A model generated the notes under the pieces. The model did not search any database. It was not told the DNA's origin and was given only the letters and a program-made list of their open reading frames with translations. A DNA stretch of 64,000 bases from Dehalococcoidia bacterium (GTDB lineage: Bacteria > Chloroflexota > Dehalococcoidia > UBA6926), in contig OZ244736.1 of NCBI GenBank assembly GCA_965219405.1, forward strand, positions 1,769,445-1,833,444, written 5' to 3'. A program made the translations under genes and the position numbers. This document shows positions 52,955 to 63,300 of this stretch, piece by piece. Positions within the stretch are counted from its first letter, which is position 1, and each line of letters opens with the position of its first letter.

Positions 52955-54493
52955 TCACCCCAGGCTTTGGTAGTGGTACATGGGTTGTTCGGGGACGTGC
53001 CAGTCTGCGTAGTAGTTGCGGAGGTAGGGTTCAAGGCGGGCGGCGAGGTCACGGCGGTTGGTTAGGTCTTCGGGGGCGGGGGTGCTCAGTTCTTCACGGA
53101 CGGCCTCAACGACGGCGGTAGCATCGATGGTCTTGAACTGTTTGTCTTCGAAGATGGTTTTGCCCTCTACGATGACGGTCTCGACGTCGGCGGCGCGGGC
53201 CCGTGAGACGAGGACGTCCAGGACATCGAGGTTTTCAGCGACGTAGGGGGTTGAGATGCGATCCCAGTCCAGCAGGACCATGTCAGCGCGCTTGCCCACT
53301 TCAAGGGAGCCGATCATGTCCTCACCGAATGTGGTCTCATATGCGCCGCCAAGCGTGGCCATGTGGAGAACCTGGTGGGATGTGAGGTGTGGAACCTCAA
53401 GCCCGGGGGGACGGTGCAGGCGCATGGACAGCGCCATTTCCTGGAAGTGGTCGTCATCGTCGTTGATGGAGGTGCTGTCCGTGCCGAGGGCGACATGGAC
53501 CCCTTGCCGATGCATCTCAAGGACGGGGGCGATGCCACTGCGGAGGCGCAGGTTGGAGCTTGGATTGTGGCTGATGCTGGCGCCGGTCTCGGCGAGGATT
53601 GCGATGTCGTCTTCCGTCAGCCAGACGCAGTGGGCAAGCGATGTCTTGGGACCGAGGAAACCGAGCTCGTTGAATCGCTGAACGGGGGTCTGGCCGTGGA
53701 GGCGCTCGGCGTACAGGCGCTGGTAGTAGCTTTCGACGCAGTGTGTGTGGAGGCCAACATCCGCGGCCTTGGCCAGTTCAGCGATGTGGGCGAGGGTGTC
53801 CTCGTCCGCCCAGTGATAGGCCTGTGGACTGTAGAGCATGCGCACCATGTTGGTGGAGTTGACGGGGTAGTCGCGGATCAGGTCAGCGGTCATGGACAGG
53901 TAGTCCTCTTTGGAGAGGATAGAGCCTTCGACGACGCCACGGACACCGCTCGCGAGGTCGTCCGGCATTCTGCCATACACATCCTCATCGTTGCCGTAGA
54001 CCAGGTAGCACTGGTTCTTGAACGCGAGTGAGAATGCCGTCCGGACGCCCGCCTCGCTGAACGCGCGAAGGTTGGCCTGCGCCTCGTCCCACACGACGCG
54101 GCGAGCCGTGGCGGACTGGTTGAACATGACGGTGGTGACGCCGGAGCGGACGAGGTTGAGGAGGGTGTAGAGCATCATGTTGTACGGCTCGACGGCGCGG
54201 CGCCCCCACGCATGGTTGATCCACGTCTCAAGGCCGCCGTCCGGTTGGCCGAGGAGGAGGCCGGAGAGACCTCGTCCGTGGTGGTGGGCGTTGACCATGC
54301 CGGGCATGAGGAATTGGCGGCCGTTGCCGACGACATCGGCGTCAGGATATTGGGCGCGCAGATCGTTGTAGGATCCGACGGCGGCGATCTCGCCGTCCGT
54401 TTGGGCCACCGCTCCGTCCGTCAGGAGAGTGCTGTCGCCTGCCAGATCGGCGCGGACGAGGACGTACTTGCCGCGGGTGATGGTGGTAGTCAT
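52955..54493 (-). CDS. amidohydrolase-superfamily metal-dependent hydrolase (deaminase/chlorohydrolase-like)
   Basis: 512 aa; PGMVNAHHHG metal-binding HxH, further His/Asp ligands (...HCVW..., ...TDS...). Confidence 0.7.
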   Translation of the reverse strand: MTTTITRGKYVLVRADLAGDSTLLTDGAVAQTDGEIAAVGSYNDLRAQYPDADVVGNGRQFLMPGMVNAHHHGRGLSGLLLGQPDGGLETWINHAWGRRAVEPYNMMLYTLLNLVRSGVTTVMFNQSATARRVVWDEAQANLRAFSEAGVRTAFSLAFKNQCYLVYGNDEDVYGRMPDDLASGVRGVVEGSILSKEDYLSMTADLIRDYPVNSTNMVRMLYSPQAYHWADEDTLAHIAELAKAADVGLHTHCVESYYQRLYAERLHGQTPVQRFNELGFLGPKTSLAHCVWLTEDDIAILAETGASISHNPSSNLRLRSGIAPVLEMHRQGVHVALGTDSTSINDDDDHFQEMALSMRLHRPPGLEVPHLTSHQVLHMATLGGAYETTFGEDMIGSLEVGKRADMVLLDWDRISTPYVAENLDVLDVLVSRARAADVETVIVEGKTIFEDKQFKTIDATAVVEAVREELSTPAPEDLTNRRDLAARLEPYLRNYYADWHVPEQPMYHYQSLG

Positions 54494-54594
54494 TTCTCCT
54501 CCTATGCTGGATCTGTTCAGGTTATCGCCAGAAGACCTGGCGCGCTCGTTTCCGTCGAAACGGGGGGCACGGAGTGGACGACGTTCACTGAGAG

Positions 54595-55050
54595 CTACTG
54601 CACGATTGTCGCAGCCAGGCGAACAAAGTCGTGGCGCGTAATGATGCCAACGAGTTTGTCGTCACGGACGACCGGGAGTCGCTTGAGCCGACGTTGGTGC
54701 ATGACGCGAACGATTTCCTCCAGCGGCGTGTCCTCCTTGACGGTCACGACGGGCGTGGACATCACATCGGAGACGAGGGTTCTGGAGAGGACGGAATGCA
54801 GATTGCCTATGTTGTCCCTATTCACAAAAACGTGGCCAAAAAGCTCAAAAACCGTTCCGTGCATCCCCGGGTCGCGGATAGGGGTCAGGAAGAAGTCTGA
54901 GTGGCTCATGATGCCAACGAGTTTATCGCGGTCATTCACGACAGGCAGCGCGCTTATGTTGTGATCCAGCATGACATTGGCAGCATCGACTACCGTGGCA
55001 TCGGCGCGAACGGTGATCACGCGGCTCGACATGATTTCTGATGCGTTCAT
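54595..55050 (-). CDS. CBS-pair domain protein
   Basis: 151 aa; two CBS repeats (ITV...LPVVNDRDKLVGIMSHSDF / VVTV...LPVVRDDKLVGIITRHDF). Confidence 0.8.
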   Translation of the reverse strand: MNASEIMSSRVITVRADATVVDAANVMLDHNISALPVVNDRDKLVGIMSHSDFFLTPIRDPGMHGTVFELFGHVFVNRDNIGNLHSVLSRTLVSDVMSTPVVTVKEDTPLEEIVRVMHQRRLKRLPVVRDDKLVGIITRHDFVRLAATIVQ

Positions 55051-55112
55051 AGCTCAATCCTGACCCTTACCCTGAAAGTCAATCATAGCGAATCGTTGAA
55101 CGCGACGCGCGT

Positions 55113-55910
55113 TTAGGTGTCTGCTAAACCGTTTAGGAATCCGGCAACGTCGGCGGGAGAATCCAGTCGATACGTTGCGACGGTATCGCGGTCAGGTTCG
55201 CCAACAAGAATTGAGAGCCCGCCTGAGAGATCGACTTCCCGAAAAGCGTCTTCGTCCGTTGTGTCATCGCCGATGTAGATGGGAAAGAGTTGCGTTTCTG
55301 ACATTCGCAGGAGCGTGTCCATGACGAATCGCAGCGCCGCGCCTTTGTCACGGGCGGCGGCGGGGCGGAGATCAAGTACCTTCTTGCCCTGCACGACGAT
55401 GATCTTGCCTTCGCTGACTGCGCCTTCGGTCACCTCACGCACTGTTTCCTGAACTCCGGGTTCCAGTTCCTCAGGGGTCATTCGGGAGTGAACACTTAGG
55501 CTCACGCCCTTGTCTTCAACGAAAGCGCCGGGGTATTGGGCAACCAGAGGGTCAAGCGCTCGACGCAAATCCGCCATCAATAGACGGGCTTGTTCCGCGC
55601 CATCATCCTCAAAAGCCAGGCCGGGCGCGGCAATCTCGATGCCGTGATTCCCGGAATAGATGGCATTTTGCAGACCAACGCGTTCCCGAACATCATTTAG
55701 CGCACGCCCACTCAGGATCGCCACAGCATACCCGGGCAGCTCGGTCAGGCGCCTGAGGGCGTCGGCGCACTCCGGGAGGATGTAGGCGTCCTCGGGGCGG
55801 GGAACGATGGGGGAGAGGGTGCCGTCAAAGTCACATGCGACCAAGACATGGTCAGCGGCCCTAATACGGGCCTCACTATCCGGCCAGTGTTTGAAGAGCG
55901 GCTCTGCCAT
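55113..55910 (-). CDS. otsB: trehalose-6-phosphate phosphatase (HAD-IIB)
   Basis: VLVACDFDGTL motif I, ILSGR, K...GDDTTDEDAF motif III. Confidence 0.8.
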   Translation of the reverse strand: MAEPLFKHWPDSEARIRAADHVLVACDFDGTLSPIVPRPEDAYILPECADALRRLTELPGYAVAILSGRALNDVRERVGLQNAIYSGNHGIEIAAPGLAFEDDGAEQARLLMADLRRALDPLVAQYPGAFVEDKGVSLSVHSRMTPEELEPGVQETVREVTEGAVSEGKIIVVQGKKVLDLRPAAARDKGAALRFVMDTLLRMSETQLFPIYIGDDTTDEDAFREVDLSGGLSILVGEPDRDTVATYRLDSPADVAGFLNGLADT

Positions 55911-55946
55911 ATGTTTGACCGATGGGGTGTGCTGTTCGGTCCGGCG

Positions 55947-57191
55947 CTACGTGTCTGAGGGGCTTGCGTCAGGGTTGGCGGCGCGGGCAGCGTCCTGCTG
56001 AGCGTCCATCATTGCGCCCTGCAGTCCAATGGTTTCCGGGGAAGCATCGCCCATGTAGAGGGTGAGATGCGGGAACGGTATCTCGATGCCCTCCTCATCA
56101 AAGGCCTTCTTGACACGAAGACGGTATTCGCCGGAAACGTCCCACTGGCGGATGGGGAGAACCTCGCCAAGCACCTTGATCTCGATGGCGGAGTCGCCGA
56201 AGTTATCGACGCGCAGGGCCTTGATGGGATCAAGGATTATCGGGCCCCACTCTTCTTCGTCCGCCAACTCCTGCCCTACCCGGTTGAGCACCTGAATTGC
56301 GTGGTCAAGGTCTGTCTTGTAGGCGACGCCAATGTTCATATTCACGCGGGACATGTCTTTGGTGTAGTTGGTGGTGGTGGTGATTACGCCGTTGGGGATG
56401 GTGTGCTGACGGTAATCGAGGTCACGGAGGAGTGTGCGGCGGAGATTGATGTCTTCAACAAGGCCGGCGATGCCGGCGATGCTGACGACATCACCGATGC
56501 GATATTGATTTTCCAGGGTGATGAAGATGCCGCCCAAGACATCGCGAATGAGGCTTTGGACCGCGAAGCCGACGCCGATGGCGATCGCGCCCGCGGCGAC
56601 AAGGAGTGGCGCGAGATCAACCCCGATCTGGCTGAGCGCAAGGAAGATTGTTAGCAAAACGATCGCGGCGCGAGCCGTTCCGACCACGACATCCGAGAGT
56701 GTGTCAATGTTCTTCCGGATTTCCTCTTCAAGGCTAACGTTGGCGCGGGCACGGATATTGGCTTCGACGAGTCTGGGAATGCTAAAGGTAACGATGCGCA
56801 TGGCGATGATGCCGCCGATGACGATGAGCACGACTGGGAGGGCGTTGGCTATTGCCGTCTCCAGCACCCACTGCCCCGCTGAGGCCATCGACCCCCGAGC
56901 GAGAGACGAATAGCCGAGCGCGAACGCGGCGGATACTTCGATCGTGGCAATCACGATGATGATCCATGCCGCCCGCATCACCATCGAGGTCAGATCCGCC
57001 TGCAACCACTCGAATCCGCCGGGGAATACTCTATCCAGAGAGCGGAGGACACCGCGGATGAAGGGCGGCAGTGCAAGCCAAACGAGAAGCATGAGGGTAA
57101 CTGCCCCACCGCCCCACACGACGATGAACTGCAGGAATGGTCCCGGATCGTCTATCACTGTCTGAAAGTCGGACAGAATCTGCTCAATCAC
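55947..57191 (-). CDS. mechanosensitive ion channel, MscS family
   Basis: 414 aa; 3-5 TM helices then conserved MscS beta-domain (...NQYRIGDVVSIAGIAGLVEDINLRRTLLRDLDYRQHTIPNG...). Confidence 0.85.
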   Translation of the reverse strand: MIEQILSDFQTVIDDPGPFLQFIVVWGGGAVTLMLLVWLALPPFIRGVLRSLDRVFPGGFEWLQADLTSMVMRAAWIIIVIATIEVSAAFALGYSSLARGSMASAGQWVLETAIANALPVVLIVIGGIIAMRIVTFSIPRLVEANIRARANVSLEEEIRKNIDTLSDVVVGTARAAIVLLTIFLALSQIGVDLAPLLVAAGAIAIGVGFAVQSLIRDVLGGIFITLENQYRIGDVVSIAGIAGLVEDINLRRTLLRDLDYRQHTIPNGVITTTTNYTKDMSRVNMNIGVAYKTDLDHAIQVLNRVGQELADEEEWGPIILDPIKALRVDNFGDSAIEIKVLGEVLPIRQWDVSGEYRLRVKKAFDEEGIEIPFPHLTLYMGDASPETIGLQGAMMDAQQDAARAANPDASPSDT

Positions 57192-57311
57192 CCGCGATGC
57201 TCCTCCTGCTACACGAAAGTCTTGACCTTAATCATAGCCTCCTCACGCTTGACGCCTCACTCTGCAAGGAACACGCTAGTCACACTTTCACAGGATAGAG
57301 GAGACCGGCAG

Positions 57312-58190
57312 ATGCGCATCGGTGTTGAACTTGCAGTCCGAACGCCCGTCAACGAACTGGTTGGGTACATCAAGGACTACGATTCCTACGGCTTTGAGCG
57401 GATATGGGTGCCGGACGCGGCGTTCTCACAGTGGGAGGTCTGGACAACGGCGACGCTGGCGGCGATGTACACGACCACTGCGCGGATCGGCGTCGGTGTG
57501 ATGGCGCCGTATCATCGGAATCCGGCCGTCATCGCGCATGGCGCTGCGACGCTTGATCAACTGTCCGGGGGACGAGTGGATCTGTCGATTGGACGTGGAT
57601 CGCGCCCGTACATCGCGAGCATCGACGCCGACCGGCCGGATGAGGCGGTGACGGAGGCAATCACGATCATCAATGGGCTGCTTTCAGGCGAGACGGTGAG
57701 CATGGAGGGGACGGCGTTCACGTTCAACGAGGTTTCGCAGCGGGTGCGGCCGGTGCAAGAGCATGTTTCAATCGCTATCGCGTCAATGAGTCGGTATTGG
57801 CTGGATATTGCACGGGAGACGGCGGACGGGGTTCACCTGTACACGAGCAACCCCACCCTTTTGGGCACGGCTCAGGAGGCGAAAAAGGCGGCAAAGAATC
57901 CTGATTTTGAGGTGACGACGACACTCGGCTACGTGGAGCCGGAAGAGGTGCGCGAGTGGTGGGTGACGAACTTCGGTCGCAATTTCAACTTGCAGCAGCT
58001 GTGCGGACGGGAACCGAACACGGCGAGCTATGAGGAGTTGGCGGCCGAGCTGGTGTTCACGGATGCGGCGAGTCTGCGGGACCACCTACAGCGGATGGAG
58101 TCGTTCGGCGTTGATGAGTTGATGATCGCGTACCGGCGGGCGGAGGATCTTCCGGCGATAGCGGAGATGGTGGCGGCGGCGCGGGGGTAA
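57312..58190 (+). CDS. LLM-class (luciferase-like) flavin/F420-dependent oxidoreductase
   Basis: TIM-barrel LLM pattern starting MRIGVEL...; about 292 aa from the internal Met. Confidence 0.65.
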   Translation: MRIGVELAVRTPVNELVGYIKDYDSYGFERIWVPDAAFSQWEVWTTATLAAMYTTTARIGVGVMAPYHRNPAVIAHGAATLDQLSGGRVDLSIGRGSRPYIASIDADRPDEAVTEAITIINGLLSGETVSMEGTAFTFNEVSQRVRPVQEHVSIAIASMSRYWLDIARETADGVHLYTSNPTLLGTAQEAKKAAKNPDFEVTTTLGYVEPEEVREWWVTNFGRNFNLQQLCGREPNTASYEELAAELVFTDAASLRDHLQRMESFGVDELMIAYRRAEDLPAIAEMVAAARG

Positions 58191-58197
58191 ACGAAAG

Positions 58198-58935
58198 TTA
58201 CTCTGCGACGGGTTCGCGTTGCGGGGTGGATTCACGGGTGAAGTGGCCGTCCCGGAGTTCCAGGACGCGGTCTGCCGCGGTCATGATTGCGCGGTCATGC
58301 GTGGCCGCGATTATCAGGACTCTTTCTTCTTCGACGAGGCTTCTGAAGAGGGAGAAAACAGTCTGGGCGGACACGGAATCGAGTTCGCCTGTCGGCTCGT
58401 CGGCCATGAGGACGGAGGGGCGCGATGCAATTGCGCGGGCGATGCCGACGCGCTGCTGTTCTCCGCCGGAGAGTTCATAGGGGCGGTGTCGCATGCGGTG
58501 GAGCAGGCCCACGCGGTCAAGCACCTCGCGGGCGCGCTCCTCGCGATCCCGGCGCGACCAACCTGAGATACGGAGAGGGAGTTCCACGTTTTCGGCGGCC
58601 GTAAGCAGCGGCATTAGCGAGGACGACTGGAAGACGATGCCGACGTGTTGGCGTCTCAGCGCGGCGCGGCCTTCTTCCGAGAGTCCGTTCAACCGCTGCC
58701 CTGCCAGGAACGCCTCGCCGGCAGTGGAGCGGTCAAGTCCGGCGAGGATGTTGAGAAGGGTGGTCTTGCCGGAGCCGGATCGCCCGATGAGGGCGATGAA
58801 CTCACCCGCCGCGCCACTCATGTCAACGCCACGCAGGGCGTGGAGCCGCTCTGCGCCAAGCGTGTAGACGCGCTCGACGCCACGCGCCTCGGCAAGAATA
58901 TCGGGCCCTGCCCCGTCTCGTGACACGTTGGTCAT
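58198..58935 (-). CDS. ABC transporter ATP-binding protein (FtsE/LolD-like)
   Basis: Walker A GRSGSGKTT, signature LSGGEQQRVGIARAI, Walker B LMADEPTGELD. Confidence 0.85.
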   Translation of the reverse strand: MTNVSRDGAGPDILAEARGVERVYTLGAERLHALRGVDMSGAAGEFIALIGRSGSGKTTLLNILAGLDRSTAGEAFLAGQRLNGLSEEGRAALRRQHVGIVFQSSSLMPLLTAAENVELPLRISGWSRRDREERAREVLDRVGLLHRMRHRPYELSGGEQQRVGIARAIASRPSVLMADEPTGELDSVSAQTVFSLFRSLVEEERVLIIAATHDRAIMTAADRVLELRDGHFTRESTPQREPVAE

Positions 58936-58938
58936 TGG

Positions 58939-59847
58939 CTATATCTCACCTGAGTCCGACGGGGTCACGACAACGCGGTCACCGTCTATTGTCACTACCG
59001 CCCTTTCCCGCAGGCGAACGCGGTCCATCAGTTCACGCGGCAACTGCAAACGTCCCATGCTGTCCACGAGGATGTACTCGCGCGGCGGCTCGGATACACC
59101 GTCTTCCTCGGCTCGTTTGAAGGAATGCAGCGAAACGATCTCAGCACTTGCACGGCCGTCCCGGATGATGATGACACGGTCGACGTAGTTGGAAATCTCC
59201 GGGTCGTGGGTAACGATGACGATCGTTGTGCCGTAACGGTCTCTCAAGGACTGAAAGAGGGTCATAACAGTGCGCGCAGTCTCGGTATCCAGTTCGCCGG
59301 TTGGTTCGTCTGCCAGTAGGAGATCGGGCTGATTGGCGAGCGCGATGGCGATGGCGACACGTTGCTGTTCACCGCCGGATAGTTCATTGGCGTGGTGGGT
59401 GGCTCTTTCCGTAAGGCCGACGGCGTCCAACAGTTCCTCGGCTCGTTCACGGCGCTGCGATCCGCCGACGCCGGCCAGCAACATGGGAAGTTCTACGTTT
59501 TCACGCGCAGTGAGATAAGGAACGAGATTGCGCCCCGTCTGCTGCCAAACAAAACCGACTTCGTGGAGGCGATAGGATTCCACGGCGCGCCCGCGCATGA
59601 CGAGCAGGTCACGGTCCCCGACACGGATATCTCCGGCGGAGGGGTTGTCATAGCCTGCGAGGATGTTGAGGAGGGTGGATTTACCGCTTCCACTCGCCCC
59701 AACGATTGCGACGATTTCGCCGCGCGCGGCCTGAAAATCGAGCCCGCGCAGAGCGACAACCTCAAGGTCTTGCGCCTTATAGATCTTGAACAGGTCTCTG
59801 CAAACGATGTGGACATCGCGAGGACTATTGTGGTTGGACATTGTCAT
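58939..59847 (-). CDS. ABC transporter ATP-binding protein with about 70-aa C-terminal extension
   Basis: Walker A GASGSGKST, LSGGEQQRVAIAIAL, LLADEPTGELD; extra C-terminal domain after the ABC core. Confidence 0.85.
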   Translation of the reverse strand: MTMSNHNSPRDVHIVCRDLFKIYKAQDLEVVALRGLDFQAARGEIVAIVGASGSGKSTLLNILAGYDNPSAGDIRVGDRDLLVMRGRAVESYRLHEVGFVWQQTGRNLVPYLTARENVELPMLLAGVGGSQRRERAEELLDAVGLTERATHHANELSGGEQQRVAIAIALANQPDLLLADEPTGELDTETARTVMTLFQSLRDRYGTTIVIVTHDPEISNYVDRVIIIRDGRASAEIVSLHSFKRAEEDGVSEPPREYILVDSMGRLQLPRELMDRVRLRERAVVTIDGDRVVVTPSDSGEI

Positions 59848-59862
59848 CAGTATGACTGTTCC

Positions 59863-62800
59863 TCAGTCCTCACCGATGCGGAGTGTCTGGCCGAGGGCTA
59901 GCGTATTGTACATGCGGACGACGAATGCCGTGGCGGCAATGAATACGGTGGCCATGAGCGCGTAGACGATGCCGATGGAGACGGCGCTGGTCTCGATGAC
60001 GTACGGGGGCAGGACGGCGACGCCGTCCTGTGTCCGGTCAAGGAACGGCATCAGGAGCGCCCCCGTTCTCTGGCCGAGCAGGAATCCGGCTCCGATTCCG
60101 ATGCCGACGACCAGCATGTGTTCAAACCAGACGACAGCACGAATCTGCGGGCCGTTGAGGCCCATGGTGCGGAGCAGGGCGAATTGTCTGCCTCGTTCGC
60201 CGACCGTCAATATGGAATGCGCGACAAAGCAGGTTCCGCCCAGGAAGAGTACCGCGCCATACGCCACCAGCAATAACGCGCCCCACCCTGCCGCGACGAG
60301 GGGATCCGCCTGCGAGGTGGCGATCAATTCTTCGCGGTCGATGATCTGGTTTGCGCCGACGGACCGCATGATGCCCTCCAGGGCCGCAGTCCGCTCTTCG
60401 CCTTCCAGACCCTCATCGAGCCTGTACCAGACTTCGTTTGCTTGCTCTTCCTGTCCCTGTCCGACGAGGTTCTGGTGTCGCAGCAGGCCCCGGATCTCCG
60501 TGATGACATATCCTGCGCCCTCGGTTGGATTCATTGTGGGGAAGAAGTCAACAACGCCGACGATCGTGCCGGGGACCCGGGCGCTGACAACACCGATATC
60601 GAGGGTATCGCCGACGCGGAGGCCCGAGGCTCGCAAGATGCCCGGGCTGACCAGCATGGGGAGTTCATAGGTCTGCGGGCCGGCGTAGAAGCCACGCTGG
60701 ACAAATGCCGTCGTCGCGCCCCAACTGAAGAGCAGCGAGGGGCCACCGTCACGTCCTGCGCCGCCGAGCAACTGCAGGGAATCCGTGCGGGTGAGGGGGC
60801 CAATCTGGATGACGGCCAAGTCATCCTTGCTTGTGAATCGGCGGACGGAAACAGGCTCTGAACCCGCCGCCGCAGTTCTCGTCATGATCTCATCGACGTA
60901 GAAGGCTCCGGCGGACATGCCTCCAGAGCGGGAGCGCTGCACGATCTGGAGGGAGACGAGGGTAAAGGGCGCGGTGGGTTGGATAGTGGGAACGGCGCGA
61001 CGGAAAGAGAAGCGGCGGATTGGCTCAAGCGGGGCTTCTCTATACGTCCATTCCGTGCTTTCCAGGTTGCCCATGAACATGGTGAAGAATCGGCCGTTGC
61101 CGTCTTCAACGATTGCCGCCAAATTGGATCGGGGATCGGATTGCTCCGCGGTCCGGATCCACAAACCCAGGTGGCGGGCGTCATCGGGCAGCCTTATGCC
61201 CCAATTCTCGATGGCCTCACCGTCGACGGCCTCAAGTGTTTCGTCCAAAGAGTTGGATGCGAAATCGTCTCGCCACCACGTCACGTTCTTGAGGGTTGGG
61301 GCGTCGATAGCCAGAACTTCGAATCGGTCAGTGGATGAGCCCGCAGCGAAGCCACTGGAGGCACGGAAAACACGCGCCGCAGCGGCCACGCCGTCGGGGG
61401 ACTCCACGAGAGCCTGCATGTCCTGGGTTGGTCCGTTGTTGCGGGCGATCGCGGCATTGGCGATGCGCACATCCGCGCCGGCTTCGTATCGCGCCCGCTC
61501 CTCATAGCTGCGATCAAGTGTGCCGCCGAAACTCGCCGCGAACGCGCCGAGGCCGGCGGCGAGCACGAGGAGAAGCACTAACCTCGTGACGGACAGCGGG
61601 TTGCGCCCGACCTGCCAGAGGCCAAGCGCGAGCCATGTTGGAGAGACTGGGGCGGCGACGCGCGCGATGAGTCCGCCTACGAGCGGGAGAATACGCAGCA
61701 AGAGCAGGCCGGCCGATAGCAGGAACAGCGTCGGTATGAGCAGCAGGAAAAGGTCCGCGCCCTGCTGGCCGGAGAGCGTATCCGCGACCAGGGAGCCCTG
61801 CTGGCCCAACTGCCAGAGGAAGATCAGCCCTGCCCCGGCCAATCCGACATCCAGATAGTAGCGTTGGACGAACCCGACCTGGTTGGGGCGGACGATGAGT
61901 CGTCGTTCTTCCAGGAGGTTACGGCGCGCGAGGCGGAGGGTGGGAATGAGAAGAACCGCAAAGGCAAGCAGACCTCCGACACCAGCCAAGCCAAAGGCCA
62001 ACGGAGAGATGGAAACGCGCAGCGGGCCTCCGTCCCCGAGTGACGAGAAGACGGGCAAGTAACCGACGCTTGCGATAAGTCCGGCGGCGATGAACGGCGC
62101 GGCGACGGAGGCCGCAGCTGTAACCAACAATCCCTGAACGGCGTAAATCTGGAGGACCTGCGGGGTGCGCGCGCCTCGGCTGCGGAGGAGAGCGGCATCC
62201 GCCCGCTGCCTGTCCGTGACAAGGCCGGCCAGGAAGACGATGGCGTACAGGACCATCGCGGTCACGAGGAAGAGCATGATGGCGATGGGCGCTTCGATGA
62301 ACCGGATGCGCGTGTCATATGTATTCAACACGTCATCAAGCTCGGTGTTCTGCCTGTAGCCGTCCATGGAGGCACCGAGGGAGCCATTAAGGCCGGCAAT
62401 CGCTCTTGCGAATCGTTCAGAATCCGCCGCGCGAATCTCGGCAGGATTTGTTAGATAGCGTGAGTAATATGAGCCGTCTGCCTTGACGAACATCGTTCCG
62501 ACGGTGTCCACAAGCGTGGACTGGGGGATGATGACGGGGAGCGTGCTGAGGAGTGTCGGCTCACGCACTATTCTCTGCAGCGAAGGGGCGTTCCAGTAAT
62601 GGGCTTCAGGATCGACGGGGGAGGCTATACCGGTTAGGCGGACATTTATCTTGCTGGTCCTGTCCTCCCAAAACGGGACAAAGGGGACGGTGTCACCGAT
62701 TGAGAGGTCGAGGTACTCTGCGCCCTGCCGCATGGCGACGGCCTCAACGGTCGCAATGCCGTCGATTGTCTCGACGACGCCCGGCTCCGGCAGTCGGCCC

Positions 62801-63300
62801 TCTATTGCGAGAAGGTCAGCCGGCGATTCGAGGACGTGGAAAATAGCGCGCGGTGTTACTTCAAGGTCAATTTCGTCGGAACCGTCAGTAGGCACGAGGA
62901 ATGTTGATGACCGCACACTGAATATCTGTCGTTCGGCAAGGCCTTCAAATGCCGTCGTCACGCTCGAATGAACACGGCCTGTTGCCCGGTCATAGACTTC
63001 ACGATCAATGCCGGATGTCCTGAAATGAACTTCGAGATCGAGCGATCTTTCATCGGCGTTGTTGACGGCGTGGCTCAGACCGAGGTCGCGGAGGGCCTGT
63101 GTATAGATGACGATGCTGGCCATGGTCGCGGCGGCGACGGTGGAGCCGAGCAGAACAGGCAGCAGCAGGGGCGCGTACGTGCGCAACCGACGCAGTACCA
63201 GAGGCAGGAGTCTTAGGCCCACGCTACGCCTCCGCCCCGCGCAGGACCCATGCAACGGGCTGCGACACGTATGCGCGCCACAAGGCAGCGGCCAGGCCAA
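59863..63300 (-). CDS. large ABC transporter permease with two FtsX domains (MacB/YtrF-like)
   Basis: 1145-aa ORF; repeated (TM - large extracytoplasmic domain - 3-TM FtsX) architecture; real start probably internal (GTG near VGLRLLPL), since the first 77 nt overlap the upstream gene. Confidence 0.7.
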   Translation of the reverse strand: MAWPLPCGAHTCRSPLHGSCAGRRRSVGLRLLPLVLRRLRTYAPLLLPVLLGSTVAAATMASIVIYTQALRDLGLSHAVNNADERSLDLEVHFRTSGIDREVYDRATGRVHSSVTTAFEGLAERQIFSVRSSTFLVPTDGSDEIDLEVTPRAIFHVLESPADLLAIEGRLPEPGVVETIDGIATVEAVAMRQGAEYLDLSIGDTVPFVPFWEDRTSKINVRLTGIASPVDPEAHYWNAPSLQRIVREPTLLSTLPVIIPQSTLVDTVGTMFVKADGSYYSRYLTNPAEIRAADSERFARAIAGLNGSLGASMDGYRQNTELDDVLNTYDTRIRFIEAPIAIMLFLVTAMVLYAIVFLAGLVTDRQRADAALLRSRGARTPQVLQIYAVQGLLVTAAASVAAPFIAAGLIASVGYLPVFSSLGDGGPLRVSISPLAFGLAGVGGLLAFAVLLIPTLRLARRNLLEERRLIVRPNQVGFVQRYYLDVGLAGAGLIFLWQLGQQGSLVADTLSGQQGADLFLLLIPTLFLLSAGLLLLRILPLVGGLIARVAAPVSPTWLALGLWQVGRNPLSVTRLVLLLVLAAGLGAFAASFGGTLDRSYEERARYEAGADVRIANAAIARNNGPTQDMQALVESPDGVAAAARVFRASSGFAAGSSTDRFEVLAIDAPTLKNVTWWRDDFASNSLDETLEAVDGEAIENWGIRLPDDARHLGLWIRTAEQSDPRSNLAAIVEDGNGRFFTMFMGNLESTEWTYREAPLEPIRRFSFRRAVPTIQPTAPFTLVSLQIVQRSRSGGMSAGAFYVDEIMTRTAAAGSEPVSVRRFTSKDDLAVIQIGPLTRTDSLQLLGGAGRDGGPSLLFSWGATTAFVQRGFYAGPQTYELPMLVSPGILRASGLRVGDTLDIGVVSARVPGTIVGVVDFFPTMNPTEGAGYVITEIRGLLRHQNLVGQGQEEQANEVWYRLDEGLEGEERTAALEGIMRSVGANQIIDREELIATSQADPLVAAGWGALLLVAYGAVLFLGGTCFVAHSILTVGERGRQFALLRTMGLNGPQIRAVVWFEHMLVVGIGIGAGFLLGQRTGALLMPFLDRTQDGVAVLPPYVIETSAVSIGIVYALMATVFIAATAFVVRMYNTLALGQTLRIGED

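Noticed and set aside
54212-54964. 250-aa plus-strand ORF spanning the amidohydrolase/CBS intergenic region and antisense to the CBS gene
   Set aside because: Overlaps two well-supported minus-strand genes, has a low-complexity Ser/Arg/Thr-rich translation and no motifs. High-GC antisense artefact.
59969-61507. Plus-strand ORFs of 233, 139 and 196 aa antisense to the giant FtsX permease
   Set aside because: Compositionally biased (Ser/Arg/Pro/Thr) and fully inside a gene with coherent TM/FtsX architecture. Treated as spurious.
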